A stretch of DNA of 64,000 nucleotides from an uncultured Fimbriimonadaceae bacterium (GCA_964405335.1 CAYONP010000009.1:12074-76073); one strand, 5' to 3'; counted from the first letter of the stretch, positions 44,552-55,553 are shown. Numbers and translations are program-made. Notes: generated by a model not told the origin, from the sequence alone.

Positions 44552-46233
44552 TGACCGGCCCCCAGTCCGCCACGCCAGGCGGTCGCGCGGGCCAGCTCCT
44601 TGGCCTTCAACAGGCCGTCGAACTGCTCCTTCGACTGCACCGCAATCTGGGCCAGCCGGGCGGCATTCTCACGGTCGCCGCGGGCCTCGGCCACCAGCGC
44701 CAAGTGGAAGTGGATCTCGCCGCTCTTGGGCAGGCTCTCGAGCGCCTCGCGGAACAGCGCTTCGGCGCCGGCCAGGTCATCGCGCTTGAGCAGCACGTAG
44801 CCCATGGTGTCGAGCAGGTTCGGGTTGCGACCGCTGAGCTGCAACGCGCGCTGGATGCAAGTCAGCGCGACGTTCATCTTAGAGCTGTCCGCCGACGAGT
44901 AGCGCGCCAGGTGCCAGGCCAGGTTGTTCAACGCCAGGATGTCGTTGGCGTTCTCTTGCAGCAGGGCGATGTACTGCCGCTCAATCGCCTCGATCAGCGG
45001 CGCCGCCGGCTCCTGCTCCGACCGCGCGGCGACCTGCTGCAGAAAGACCGTCATGTGCCGCAACGCCTCGCTGCGCCGTGAGGCATCGTTCTGCAGCACG
45101 TCGTTGTACAGCTCGAGCGTGTACTGCGTGTCGGCGTTGAACTCGGCCAGCGTGTTGGCCAGCCGGAGCAACATGCCCATGTTGCCCTTGGTCAGCTCGC
45201 GCACGCGCCGGATGTGGGTGATGGCGACATCGGCCCGGCCGTCGGCGAACAGCGCCTGGGCATAGACCAGCCGCACCTCGGCCTCGATCTCCGGCTCGAC
45301 CGCCGGCTCGCCGCGGTCGGCCACCGTTTCGATGGTCTCGAGCAGCTTGCCGGCCATGCGCCGCGCCTCCTGCGCCCGGCCGGCGGTGCGCAGCACGCCC
45401 GCCATCTGGGTCTGGGGCAGGATGTAGCCCTCGCGGCGCGTCTTCTTCCACTCTTCCAGCGCCTCCGGCTCGGTCGGCGGCTTCGGCGCCAGGGGATGGT
45501 CGTCCATCCACTTCTGAATCACCGCCTCGCAGTCGGCGAACCGCCCGCTGTTGAGCAGGAACGACGCCAACTCGTCGCGGTACTGCGCGACCGGGTGGTC
45601 GGCCAGCCGCTCGCGCAGCAGCCGCTCGACCGTCGCGCCGTCGAACTCAGCGCCGGCGATCGCCAGCCGCAGCTCGCGCACCTGCTCCGAGCCGGGCAGC
45701 CTGGCCGCCAGCACCTGGTAGTGCCGCTTGGCCGTGGCGATGTCCTGACCGCCCAGCGCCGCCTGGACCAAGCGGTAGCGGGCGACATGGTTGTCGGCGT
45801 TCAGGTCGATCGCCCGGCCCCAGCTCCCGATCGCCAGGTCCCGCGCGCCGAGCGCCAGGTAGAGGTCGCCCACGGCGGCCTGCACCTCTGAGCTGTCGCG
45901 GTTCTCTTCGTCGAGCTGCTCGACCATCTTGGCGGCGGTGGCGCGGTCGCCCGAGGAGAGCTTCAGCGAGGCCAGACCGGCGGTCGCCTCGGCGTTGTTT
46001 GGTTCCATCTCAAGCGCGCGGGTGAACGCCTGCTCGGCCTTCAGCCAGGCCTTGCGCTGAACCTCGAGCGAGCCGATGCGGACCAGTGCCTCGGCCGTCG
46101 GCTGGCCCGCGATCTGGTCATACAGCGCCTGCAACTCCGCCGGCAGCTCGAGCGAAAAGACCCGCGCCTCGCGGCCGCAGCCGCCCAGCGCCAGGCCGGC
46201 CAGCAGCACCAGCATCCATCCACTGCGTCGCAT
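44548..46233 (-). CDS. TPR-repeat lipoprotein (PEP-CTERM system PrsT-like)
   Basis: Start ATG at 46233 (in frame with track ORF 44548..46743); MRRSGWMLVLLAGLALGGCG lipobox then repeated TPR helices; 4-bp overlap with the exosortase. Confidence 0.7.
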   Translation of the reverse strand: MRRSGWMLVLLAGLALGGCGREARVFSLELPAELQALYDQIAGQPTAEALVRIGSLEVQRKAWLKAEQAFTRALEMEPNNAEATAGLASLKLSSGDRATAAKMVEQLDEENRDSSEVQAAVGDLYLALGARDLAIGSWGRAIDLNADNHVARYRLVQAALGGQDIATAKRHYQVLAARLPGSEQVRELRLAIAGAEFDGATVERLLRERLADHPVAQYRDELASFLLNSGRFADCEAVIQKWMDDHPLAPKPPTEPEALEEWKKTRREGYILPQTQMAGVLRTAGRAQEARRMAGKLLETIETVADRGEPAVEPEIEAEVRLVYAQALFADGRADVAITHIRRVRELTKGNMGMLLRLANTLAEFNADTQYTLELYNDVLQNDASRRSEALRHMTVFLQQVAARSEQEPAAPLIEAIERQYIALLQENANDILALNNLAWHLARYSSADSSKMNVALTCIQRALQLSGRNPNLLDTMGYVLLKRDDLAGAEALFREALESLPKSGEIHFHLALVAEARGDRENAARLAQIAVQSKEQFDGLLKAKELARATAWRGGLGAGQ

Positions 46234-46390
46234 CGCTGCCTCCCTCGCCGCCGCCCAGGTCTCCGCATTGACGGTAGTATCGCCGGACGAGCCGCCTTCT
46301 TGACCCCGCCACTCACCTACATTATGCCGTGCCGCGGCGGACGCGTCGCGTAACGGGCGTCGATCACCCGGCTGCAAATCAGGTGCCGCC

Positions 46391-47497
46391 TCACCCGGCC
46401 AGCGCGGTGCGATAGGCCTGCAAGTGCCGCTCGGCCGACCGCCGCCAGGTGAAGAGCGCCGCGCGCTCACGCGCCAGACCGGCCCGCCGCGCGCGCTCGC
46501 CGTCGTCGGCCAGCAGCCGGACCAGCGTCGCCGCCCATTCCTCGGCGGCATCGGGCGGCAGGTGCGGCACCGCCTCGCCGGTGACCTCGACCAGCGCCGG
46601 CGTGTCGCTGACCAGCGGCAGCGTGCCGCAGGCGGCCGACTCGAGCGGCGGCAGGCCGAAGCCCTCGTAGTAGGACGGATAGCAGAATAGCGTGGCGCCG
46701 GTGTAGAGCGCTGGCAGGTCGCCGTCGGGCACGTAGCCGGCAAAGCGGATGCGATCGCTCAGGCCGAGCCGCTCAATCGCCGCCAGCACCGGCGCCTGGC
46801 CCCAGCCGACCCGGCCGACGATGACCAGCGGCGTCTCGTCGCCGAGCCGGCGCAACTCGGCCATCGTCCACACCAGGCCGAGCAGGTTCTTGCGCGGCTG
46901 CAGCAGCCCGACGCTGAGCAGATAGCGCTCGGGCAACGCGTACTTCTCCCGCACCACCGCGACGGCATCGGCGCCGGCCGGCGCGAACTCCGCGCCGATC
47001 CCGTTCGGCACGGCGAAGACACGGTCGGGCGGCAGGCGATAGAGCCGCAGCAGGTCACGCCGCGTCGTCTCGCTCACCCCAACCACGGCCCCGGCGCGGC
47101 GGCAGGCGCGGGGCACCGACCAGCGGAGCAGCAGTCGGTCGCGCCAACGAAAGGTCCGCGGCAGCAGCTCGTAAGAGCAGTCGTGGACGGTGGTGACGAA
47201 CGGGCAGGGCAGCCACGGCGGGGCGCTGTATTGCAGGTGGACCAGGTCGACCCCGAGCCGGGCGGCCAGCCGCGGCAGGGCAACCAGCGTCCACAGCCGG
47301 CCGCCCGGTTGAGCGACGACCTCGATGCGGAGGTTGGCACGCCGCGGCAGCAGGCCGGCCTCGGGCCGCTGGTCGACCGCGGCGATGAACTGCCATTCCG
47401 GCGCGGCAGCCGGCAGTTCGCGCAGCAGGCCGAGCCAGTAGGTGCGGTCGCCGGTCTTGCGGCCGATGATCGGCCGCGCGTCGAGCAGGACCTTCAT
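46391..47497 (-). CDS. Glycosyltransferase family 4 (GT1 fold)
   Basis: Start ATG at 47497; C-terminal PSYYEGFGLPPLESAACGTLPLVSD motif (EX7E). Confidence 0.8.
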   Translation of the reverse strand: MKVLLDARPIIGRKTGDRTYWLGLLRELPAAAPEWQFIAAVDQRPEAGLLPRRANLRIEVVAQPGGRLWTLVALPRLAARLGVDLVHLQYSAPPWLPCPFVTTVHDCSYELLPRTFRWRDRLLLRWSVPRACRRAGAVVGVSETTRRDLLRLYRLPPDRVFAVPNGIGAEFAPAGADAVAVVREKYALPERYLLSVGLLQPRKNLLGLVWTMAELRRLGDETPLVIVGRVGWGQAPVLAAIERLGLSDRIRFAGYVPDGDLPALYTGATLFCYPSYYEGFGLPPLESAACGTLPLVSDTPALVEVTGEAVPHLPPDAAEEWAATLVRLLADDGERARRAGLARERAALFTWRRSAERHLQAYRTALAG

Positions 47498-47605
47498 GCG
47501 GCGATGATGCCCGCCGGCACGGCGGCGGTCAAGCGGGCGGTCCGCGGGATCGACGACCGCGACAGCTAGAGCGTGCAAGCGCACGCCGACCAGCCCAAAT
47601 GGTAG

Positions 47606-48556
47606 ACAAACCGGGCAGTCGTCGCTTACCACTCGGTCGCCAGCCAGGGCAACGTCACCGCCACGCCGCTCTATGACGCCTGGGGCACCGAGCGCACGCA
47701 GGCGACCCCCGACCCCATCGGCTACAAGGGCCAGACCGGCTACTACCAAGATGTCGAGACCTGTCTTGTGCTATGTACGTATCGCTACTACGACCCCACC
47801 CGCGGCCGCTGGCTGACCCGCGACCCGATTGGTTATGGTGGCGGGCTCAACTTGTATGGGTACTGTGGGGCGGATCCGGTGGGCGGGGTGGATCCGCTTG
47901 GTCTGCAGGCAACCGAGCTCATCCCGGAGGCGCCAGAGGTCCTCCTCCGGGAACTTGCCGAAGAGACCACGGAGAACGTGTCGCGTCGCACCTCGCAGAA
48001 CGTAGCCGGACGGGCGGCGCGCAGCGTCGGCACACGGGCGGCCACCTCAACCGGTGCGTCGCTCGGTTGGGCTGGCACATTCTGCCGCGTAACGGGCTGG
48101 GGCATGGTTGCCGCGTCGATCGTGCAGGGCTACGCGCTGTACGAGGACATTCGGGGCGCGCGGGTCGCAGCGTGGGCCGCCGAACCGGCGCCAGGATACT
48201 ACGAGAGGCGACAGAGGCGCAAGCAGCAACCGGATGAGCATTCCTACATACGCGTGGTGGGCTCATCGGCCGAATGGGCGGCCGTCCGCCAAGCAGGCGG
48301 GCTCGTACCCAGCACGGATCCCAGACTTGGTGCAGGGAACACACGAATCGCGGACCCCAGCTGGTACCCCTACCTGAGGGACCTCCATCCAGACGCGCCC
48401 GGCATGGTGATCGTCACGTTCTCGCAGTCCGTCGTCGAAATGGGCCCGGATGTGTACCGTCGTGGCGATGCTCCCCTCGCATTTGTCGTCCGCGCGGCTG
48501 CGGCCAACCGCCGCGCAGTTCGCCTGGAACTTCGCGATCTCAGCCCCATCTACTGA
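47606..48556 (+). CDS. Orphan rhs C-terminal module 1: RHS repeat-associated core tail (YRYYDPTRGRWLTRDPIGYGGGLNLYGYCGADPVGGVDPLGL) + about 200-aa variable toxin tip; no RHS body or canonical start
   Basis: Open frame begins right after an in-frame TAG at 47603; first in-frame start-like codon is GTG 47768. The YDAWG...GYKGQTGYYQDVET segment is the end of the last YD repeat. Confidence 0.6.
   Translation, partial: TNRAVVAYHSVASQGNVTATPLYDAWGTERTQATPDPIGYKGQTGYYQDVETCLVLCTYRYYDPTRGRWLTRDPIGYGGGLNLYGYCGADPVGGVDPLGLQATELIPEAPEVLLRELAEETTENVSRRTSQNVAGRAARSVGTRAATSTGASLGWAGTFCRVTGWGMVAASIVQGYALYEDIRGARVAAWAAEPAPGYYERRQRRKQQPDEHSYIRVVGSSAEWAAVRQAGGLVPSTDPRLGAGNTRIADPSWYPYLRDLHPDAPGMVIVTFSQSVVEMGPDVYRRGDAPLAFVVRAAAANRRAVRLELRDLSPIY
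47710..47893 (+). repeat. 184-bp direct repeat (RHS core-tail coding sequence), second copy at 49720..49903, about 95% identical
   Basis: Aligned by eye; identity ends exactly at the codon after DPxGGVD, where the toxin tips diverge. Confidence 0.7.
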
Positions 48557-48557
48557 C

Positions 48558-48983
48558 TTGGAGAGCGCCTTGCTGAAGGTGTTGGTCGCCTCGTCGCGAA
48601 CAGTCTTGACCGAGCTCTACCGGCGTCGGCTGCCGCGACCGCTGGCGGAGGGCGTGGAACAGGTCAGTCCGTGGAGGGTCCCCGAAGCGATCTTGCTCCG
48701 CGAGCCCTGCTTCGTCGTGATTGACACTCAGCGCGACGTCGCCAGAGCGGTTCAGCTAGTGAACGATATTCACCATGCATTGTCCTCGTACCCAGGGCAC
48801 TTTCCAGACTTGGTGCTGTTCATTCCAGACCGTAGTTTCACCGATAATATGTCCGTCGGGGCCTGGATGATTGATGGAGTCGCTGCTGTATCGCAAGTCG
48901 TTGCTTACACTGATGGAAGAGAGGCTGCTGCCGTTGAGGACACGGTTGCACTGCTGCTATCCCGTGCCCATCCTACGAACTGA
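48558..48983 (+). CDS. Putative immunity protein for rhs tip 1 (low-GC ORF; start uncertain: TTG 48558, or ATG 48450/48468 overlapping the toxin)
   Basis: Immediately 3' of toxin tip 1; GC content visibly lower (about 55%) than the flanks; no known domain. Confidence 0.4.
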   Translation: MESALLKVLVASSRTVLTELYRRRLPRPLAEGVEQVSPWRVPEAILLREPCFVVIDTQRDVARAVQLVNDIHHALSSYPGHFPDLVLFIPDRSFTDNMSVGAWMIDGVAAVSQVVAYTDGREAAAVEDTVALLLSRAHPTN

Positions 48984-49105
48984 CCCGGCCGCACCACCGC
49001 CGGCATCCTGCCCAACGGCGCGCGCACCGGCTACACTTACGGTCCCGGCAGCGTCCTGGCCGTGCTGGAGGTGCTTCGGCAGGTGCTGGAATCGGGAGAC
49101 ACGCC

Positions 49106-49702
49106 ATGGCATTGATGGTCTGGGAACTGCGGCCGTCCGGCGGCTTCGTGCCGTTGGTCGACCTGAGCGATGAGGCCGCCGGCGAGAACATGGCTGCCAA
49201 TGGCTGGGGCCCGGGCGTGGGTTGGGGCTTCAACGGTCGGGTGTATGGCGAGGCGTTCGTGCCGCCTCGGCTCACGCCGCTGTTCGATCGCCAGCATCGC
49301 GGCATGGTGGTCAGCGACTGCCCCATGTGGGGCGACACCAGCGCTCCGTTGCTGAGCCGGCGGGCGGTGGAGGCGCTACGCGACATGCTGGAGCCGAACG
49401 GTGAGCTGTTGCCGGTGATCTGCGACTACGAGGAGTTCTGGATCTTCAACACCACTCGGCTGCTCGATGCACTGGACGAAGCGGAGTCAGAACTTCGCCG
49501 CTTCCCGAGCAGCGGCCGCATCATGAAGATTGAGCGCTATGAGCTTCTGGCGGATCAGCTCGGTGAGTGCCCTATCTTCAAGCTCACGTTGGATGCTCAC
49601 GGACGCGCCCTGGTCACCAAGGAGTTCATCGACCGCGTGAACCAATCGGCGTTGGTTGGGTTCAGCTTCTGTCCAATCTGGACTTCAGCACGACAGTCAT
49701 AG
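49106..49702 (+). CDS. Hypothetical protein (198 aa) within the rhs tip array, possibly an orphan immunity protein
   Basis: ATG start; stop TAG 49700-49702 is in the same frame as, and directly abuts, the next RHS core tail. Confidence 0.45.
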   Translation: MALMVWELRPSGGFVPLVDLSDEAAGENMAANGWGPGVGWGFNGRVYGEAFVPPRLTPLFDRQHRGMVVSDCPMWGDTSAPLLSRRAVEALRDMLEPNGELLPVICDYEEFWIFNTTRLLDALDEAESELRRFPSSGRIMKIERYELLADQLGECPIFKLTLDAHGRALVTKEFIDRVNQSALVGFSFCPIWTSARQS

Positions 49703-51022
49703 CGCACCCAGACCGCACCCGACCCCATCGGCTACAAGGGCCAGACCGGCTACTACCAAGATGTCGAGACCGGCCTGGTGCTTTGTACGTATCGCTACTA
49801 CGACCCCACCCGCGGCCGCTGGCTGACCCGCGACCCGATTGGTTATGGTGGTGGGCTCAACTTGTATGGGTACTGCGGGGCGGATCCGGTGGGCGGGGTG
49901 GATGCGACTGGAGAGTTCGTACAGATCCTAGTCGGTGCAGGCATCGGCTTGGCCTTCGACGCCGCCGTGCAGTTGGCGACAACCGGCCATTGGGACTGGC
50001 GGAGGGGCGCCGCGGCCGCGGCGGCGGGCGCGGCAACCGCATTGCTCGGGCCAGCCGCCGGAATGCTGGCCCGCGGGCTTGGCGGTGGGCTGCTTGGTGC
50101 TGCCGGCGCCGGTGCGGCGATGGGTGCGGCCGGCGCCGCCGTCGGCACCGGCGTCGGCAATGCACTCAACGGGCAGCCGCTGACCAAACGGATGCTCGGC
50201 AACATGGCGGCGGGCGCGGTCGGCGGCGCTATCATGGGTGGCGCCGGCTACGCGATGCGGCAGATGCTCGGCCGTGCCCGCGGCAATCCTACCGCGCGGC
50301 AGACGGGCGGTTGCTTCGTTGCCGGCACGCCCGTTCAGATGGCTGATGGTACGAGCAGACCGATCGAGGAGGTCAAAGCCGGCGACCGGGTCCTCGCCCG
50401 AGATGAGGTCACCGGCGCAACCGGCGCGCAGACCGTCGAAGAGGCCTTCGCCCACGTCGCGGCGTCCAGCGTGGTGCTGCACCTCGACTCCGGCGAGACG
50501 GTCGAGACCACCGACGAGCATCCGTTCTACGTGGCTGCCACGGGCTTCGTGCCGGCCGGCCGGCTGGCGGTGGGCAACGCGATCGTCACCCGCGCCGGCC
50601 CGCCGGCGGTCGTGGTGGCGATCGAGCACCGCCGGCGTCCGCTGGAGGTTCACAACCTGCGCGTGGAGGGTGCTCACACCTACTTCGTGGGCTTGTCGGG
50701 CGGCGGGGTTTGGGTGCACAATCAGGCGTGCCCGCCGGCGAGTGGTGGGCGTCCGGCAGGCTATGGGCGGAAGGCCCCAGAGACCGTCCACCCGCCGATG
50801 CGGACCAACGATGGCTTGGAGGCCGCACAGCGCTTCCTGGGCCCAGGCTATCGCGAAGTCTCGCCGGGCAGGTATGTCTCTGCCGACGGCACCCGGCAAG
50901 TACGGCTTGGCACCCACGAGGTGATACCTGGGCAGGAGCACATTCACTTCGAGACACTGCAACCGAACTCTGTCGACGGCACGTTCACAGTGAGGCATAC
51001 CGACACCTACCCGCTGAGATAG
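49703..51022 (+). CDS. Orphan rhs C-terminal module 2: RHS core tail + pretoxin Hint domain + about 95-aa toxin tip
   Basis: RTQTAPDPIGYKGQTGYYQDVETGLVLCTYRYYDPTRGRWLTRDP...; Gly/Ala-rich linker; Hint blocks CFVAGTPVQMADGTSRPIEEVKAGDRVLARDE ... EVHNLRVEGAHTYFVG ... VWVHNQAC; then distinct tip (GRPAGYGRKAPETVHPPM...HIHFETLQPNSVDG...). First start-like codon is GTG 49778. Confidence 0.6.
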   Translation, partial: RTQTAPDPIGYKGQTGYYQDVETGLVLCTYRYYDPTRGRWLTRDPIGYGGGLNLYGYCGADPVGGVDATGEFVQILVGAGIGLAFDAAVQLATTGHWDWRRGAAAAAAGAATALLGPAAGMLARGLGGGLLGAAGAGAAMGAAGAAVGTGVGNALNGQPLTKRMLGNMAAGAVGGAIMGGAGYAMRQMLGRARGNPTARQTGGCFVAGTPVQMADGTSRPIEEVKAGDRVLARDEVTGATGAQTVEEAFAHVAASSVVLHLDSGETVETTDEHPFYVAATGFVPAGRLAVGNAIVTRAGPPAVVVAIEHRRRPLEVHNLRVEGAHTYFVGLSGGGVWVHNQACPPASGGRPAGYGRKAPETVHPPMRTNDGLEAAQRFLGPGYREVSPGRYVSADGTRQVRLGTHEVIPGQEHIHFETLQPNSVDGTFTVRHTDTYPLR

Positions 51023-51024
51023 CT

Positions 51025-51285
51025 ATGGAATACTACGTAGTTATGTACGAGGCCGACGTTCCGGTAGCAGGCATCCACCCTGACTTGGCTCACACCCAGC
51101 GTGCCCAGATGCCGCGGCCGGCTCACCTTCAGTTGATTCTCTGTGACAAGGGAGAGGTGAACATCTTGCTGCTGGATGCAGATGGCGACGAGTATTACGA
51201 TTTTGGATACAGCACAGCCGACGAGGCGTTCCATGACGCCCTGCTCTGGTATGGCGTGCCGCGCGAGAGTTGGCGCGAAGTGTGA
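51025..51285 (+). CDS. Putative immunity protein for rhs tip 2 (86 aa, low GC)
   Basis: ATG 3 bp after the toxin stop; MEYYVVMYEADVPVAGIHPDLAHTQRAQ...; AT-richer codon usage. Confidence 0.45.
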   Translation: MEYYVVMYEADVPVAGIHPDLAHTQRAQMPRPAHLQLILCDKGEVNILLLDADGDEYYDFGYSTADEAFHDALLWYGVPRESWREV

Positions 51286-51304
51286 TTGGCCCTCGCGTCA
51301 ATGA

Positions 51305-51883
51305 GCGACCGACCAGACGGGCGCGCAGACGGTCGAGGAGGCCTTCGCCCACGTCGCTGCGGCGACGCTGGTACTGCACCTGAACACCGGCGAGACGATC
51401 GAGACCACCGACGAGCATCCGCTCTACGTGGCGGGCGAGGGCTTCGTGCCGGCCGGTCGGCTGGCGGTGGGCAACGCGGTCGTCACCCGCGCCGGCCCGC
51501 CGGCGGTCGTGGTCGCGATCGAGCACCGTCGCCTTCCGCTGGTCGTGCACAACCTGCGCGTGGAGGGTGCACACACCTACTTCGTGGGCTTGTCGGGCGG
51601 CGGGGTTTGGGTGCACAATCAGGCGTGTCCGGTGCCGAGCTTCCCCTTTGAGCGGGCGGCTCGTATCTTCCGGAACGCGAGTGGGCACGTGAACCCCTCG
51701 ACCGCAGCATCCATGCAGCGACGGATCCGTATGTTCCAGCAAGTGGCAAGCAACCCGGTTAACCTACGGCCCGGTGCGTCTCCGGCGCCGGGCGTGGACG
51801 TGTATACGCAGAGATTCCAGAATGGCGAGGTGTGGGTGCATGTCTGTGGCGGCGTCATCTCAAACGCGGGAGTGAACCCCTGA
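51305..51883 (+). pseudogene. Orphan rhs tip 3: 5'-truncated Hint domain fragment + third distinct toxin tip (no start codon; begins right after the in-frame TGA at 51302-51304)
   Basis: 306 bp (51326-51631) about 88% identical to 50429-50734 of module 2; divergent C-terminus VPSFPFERAARIFRNASGHVNPSTAASMQRRIRMFQQ...VWVHVCGGVISNAGVNP. Confidence 0.5.
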
Positions 51884-52416
51884 TGGGTCACTCTGGGCAT
51901 GTCCAGCAAGGCGCCGATTGGCTGGCACGCGGTAGGCGTCACGATGCTGCGGGCCAACTGGTCGAGGCAGCCTTGTGCTACGAGTGTGCGTGCGTCTGCA
52001 CCGGTCTTCAAGCCAGCGAGATGACGACTCTGCTCACGCTGTGTGTGGAGGTGTCCGATCATGGGGTAGCCCACTCGATGGGGCTTACAGTGTGGGATGA
52101 GCGGCGGTTCCGACTGCGCGCAGCAGACCTAATCACCATCGGCCGGCGCTGCCTGCCGGCGGATAGCGAATTCCATTTCTGGGCGCGTTACACCCACAGC
52201 ATCTGGGGTGATGAACCGTACCTCAGCTATGAGGAATGTCGCGTCATGGCCGAGGGCCTCGACGGACTGGCGCCCTATGCGTTTCTCTATCAGCACGATC
52301 AGCACCACCGGGACGTTGACTCGCTCGACTATCGCGACCAGATCGACGATCTGCGGGCCTCCATCGAGGGTGTCAACGATGCCCGGGCGCGGGAAATTCG
52401 GCACCTGCTGCGGTAG
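51883..52416 (+). CDS. Putative immunity protein for rhs tip 3 (177 aa)
   Basis: ATG overlaps the tip-3 stop (TGATG); contains lower-GC stretches. Confidence 0.4.
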   Translation: MGHSGHVQQGADWLARGRRHDAAGQLVEAALCYECACVCTGLQASEMTTLLTLCVEVSDHGVAHSMGLTVWDERRFRLRAADLITIGRRCLPADSEFHFWARYTHSIWGDEPYLSYEECRVMAEGLDGLAPYAFLYQHDQHHRDVDSLDYRDQIDDLRASIEGVNDARAREIRHLLR

Positions 52417-52523
52417 TCAGATGCGACAGTCCATCGGTCTGCAGCAGGCGAGGCCACGCCACACCGACGGCCGTGCCAAGCGTCCGCGTCACACCCCACC
52501 AGCGGTGTGGGGTCGTACTCCGG

Positions 52524-53963
<1,440 letters not shown>

Positions 53964-54377
53964 GGCGCGGTTCCGGGAGCGATGATACACGATGGGCGGC
54001 GATCCTGCGCGGCCGATTCCGGGCTCGCCCGGCCGGCTTGGCTCAGCGGCTTTCGAAACGTCGTGGATGGAACGCGGCGGTAGGCAGGCTCGATGGACCG
54101 CTTGGCTGTCGGAGTTTCTTGAGAATCAGATAGAACAGGTATGGCGCGGCGTATAGCGTTGTGGTTTGTGGTAATGGGGTTCGATTCGCCGGGACTTGGT
54201 CAGCGTCGAGGCACGAGTGGCCCGCTGCCGTGCACGGCGATGGTCTACGGCTTCGAACGGTACCGCCGATGCCCGGTAGCGCGGACGGCCGGACCGCGAG
54301 TACACTTGTATCTGTTCAGCGGCTGCTGGCGGTCGATCCGGTCCATCGGGATTCGGCGCGGTTGCAGGAAGTTCGTG

Positions 54378-55409
54378 ATGGGGTTGCCGAGGTTCGGTGG
54401 TGGTGGAGTGGCGCGGAGATCCGGGTCGTGTCTCGGGTGGGCGCTGGTGCTGGCGGCCGCGTGTGTGACGATCACGGCGTCGACCGTTGCGGCCGAGCCG
54501 CCGGTGGCGGCTCAGTGCCGGTCCTGGTTGCTCCCGTACGACAGCACCCCGAGAGCGTGCGTTGTCGTCAACGGCGAGTTGTGGGTCGGCTTTGCCGGCT
54601 ACGACGGAGCCTACACGGGCATCGCGGCCTATCGAGGCGACGGCGAGTTGTTGGCCGCAATCCCAACGACTTCCCGCGTCGCGGGCTTGGTTTACAGCGA
54701 GGCCGCCGATGCCTTGCTGGCGTCCTTGGAGAGTGGCAGCGTCCTGCGCATCGACGCGGCAACCCGGCAGCCGTCGGGTAGCTGCGAGACCGGCAGAGTC
54801 CTGTCGGGCATGTGCAGCGTCGGCGGGAGAGTCTACGGATGCGCTTGGGAGCGGTCCGAGCTCTCTCAGGTGGATGCCGTCGAGCTGAAGATCGGGAACG
54901 CCGTGCCGCTCAGCGCCCATGGAATGCGAGCCCTGGCGGTTGCCGACCGGCTGTACGTCGCGGTCGGGGGTGAGGACGGAGCGGCTGGGCTGGACATCCT
55001 CGATCTCGTCGAAGGGCATCGGCTGGCAACGGTACCTGTCCCGGGTATGCTCGCGCGGGCGTTGGACTGGGATGGTGAGCAGTTCATCTACATCGCGGCT
55101 GATTCGGATGCAATCCTCGTTCGCTACGACCTGCAACGACATGCGCTCGACCCCGGTTTCAACGTCCGCGTTGACCAGGCCACCGATTTGGTCGTCGACC
55201 CTGGCCGAGGCCGTGTGTACGTTGCCGCCGCCACCATGCAGTCGCTCATGGTCATCTCGACCGGCGATGGGGAGGTGCTGGCGCGGTACGGCGCGGTAGG
55301 AGGCTACCTGGCGCCTGAGCGGCGGGCAGACCGGTCGGTAACCAATCTGTGGGCAACCAACTGGGCCATCGACAGCCTCATCTGTCTCAATCCGGCCCAA
55401 CTCCCGTGA
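54378..55409 (+). CDS. Secreted YVTN/YncE-like beta-propeller protein
   Basis: ATG at 54378 in frame with track ORF 54141..55409; signal peptide MGLPRFGGGGVARRSGSCLGWALVLAAACVTITA; repeats RLYVAVGGEDG, RVYVAAATMQSLMVIS. The opposite-strand ORF 54126..55541 is Arg-rich noise. Confidence 0.55.
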   Translation: MGLPRFGGGGVARRSGSCLGWALVLAAACVTITASTVAAEPPVAAQCRSWLLPYDSTPRACVVVNGELWVGFAGYDGAYTGIAAYRGDGELLAAIPTTSRVAGLVYSEAADALLASLESGSVLRIDAATRQPSGSCETGRVLSGMCSVGGRVYGCAWERSELSQVDAVELKIGNAVPLSAHGMRALAVADRLYVAVGGEDGAAGLDILDLVEGHRLATVPVPGMLARALDWDGEQFIYIAADSDAILVRYDLQRHALDPGFNVRVDQATDLVVDPGRGRVYVAAATMQSLMVISTGDGEVLARYGAVGGYLAPERRADRSVTNLWATNWAIDSLICLNPAQLP

Positions 55410-55553
55410 TGGCGGGTCGCGGTGGCGTTCGTCGCCGGACGGGCCGCCGCGCGTGCGGCCGGCTATCGGCGCCCGGTGGGTGGGCCCAGGTGCGGGCGGC
55501 CGGCACGCGGGTCCGCCGGATGGGCCGGACATTGCCGCCACCCGCTCGCGGCG

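Noticed and set aside
43331-44554. 407-aa plus-strand ORF antisense to the exosortase
   Set aside because: Acidic/Arg-rich noise; the exosortase on the minus strand has diagnostic motifs and TM helices.
49928-50998. 356-aa minus-strand ORF antisense to rhs module 2
   Set aside because: Antisense to the Hint domain coding sequence.
51286-51651. ATG-initiated 121-aa ORF at the start of rhs fragment 3
   Set aside because: It is the +2 frame of the Hint-domain coding sequence (translation is Arg/Gly-rich junk). The conserved Hint residues are in the frame lacking a start codon, hence the pseudogene/orphan call.
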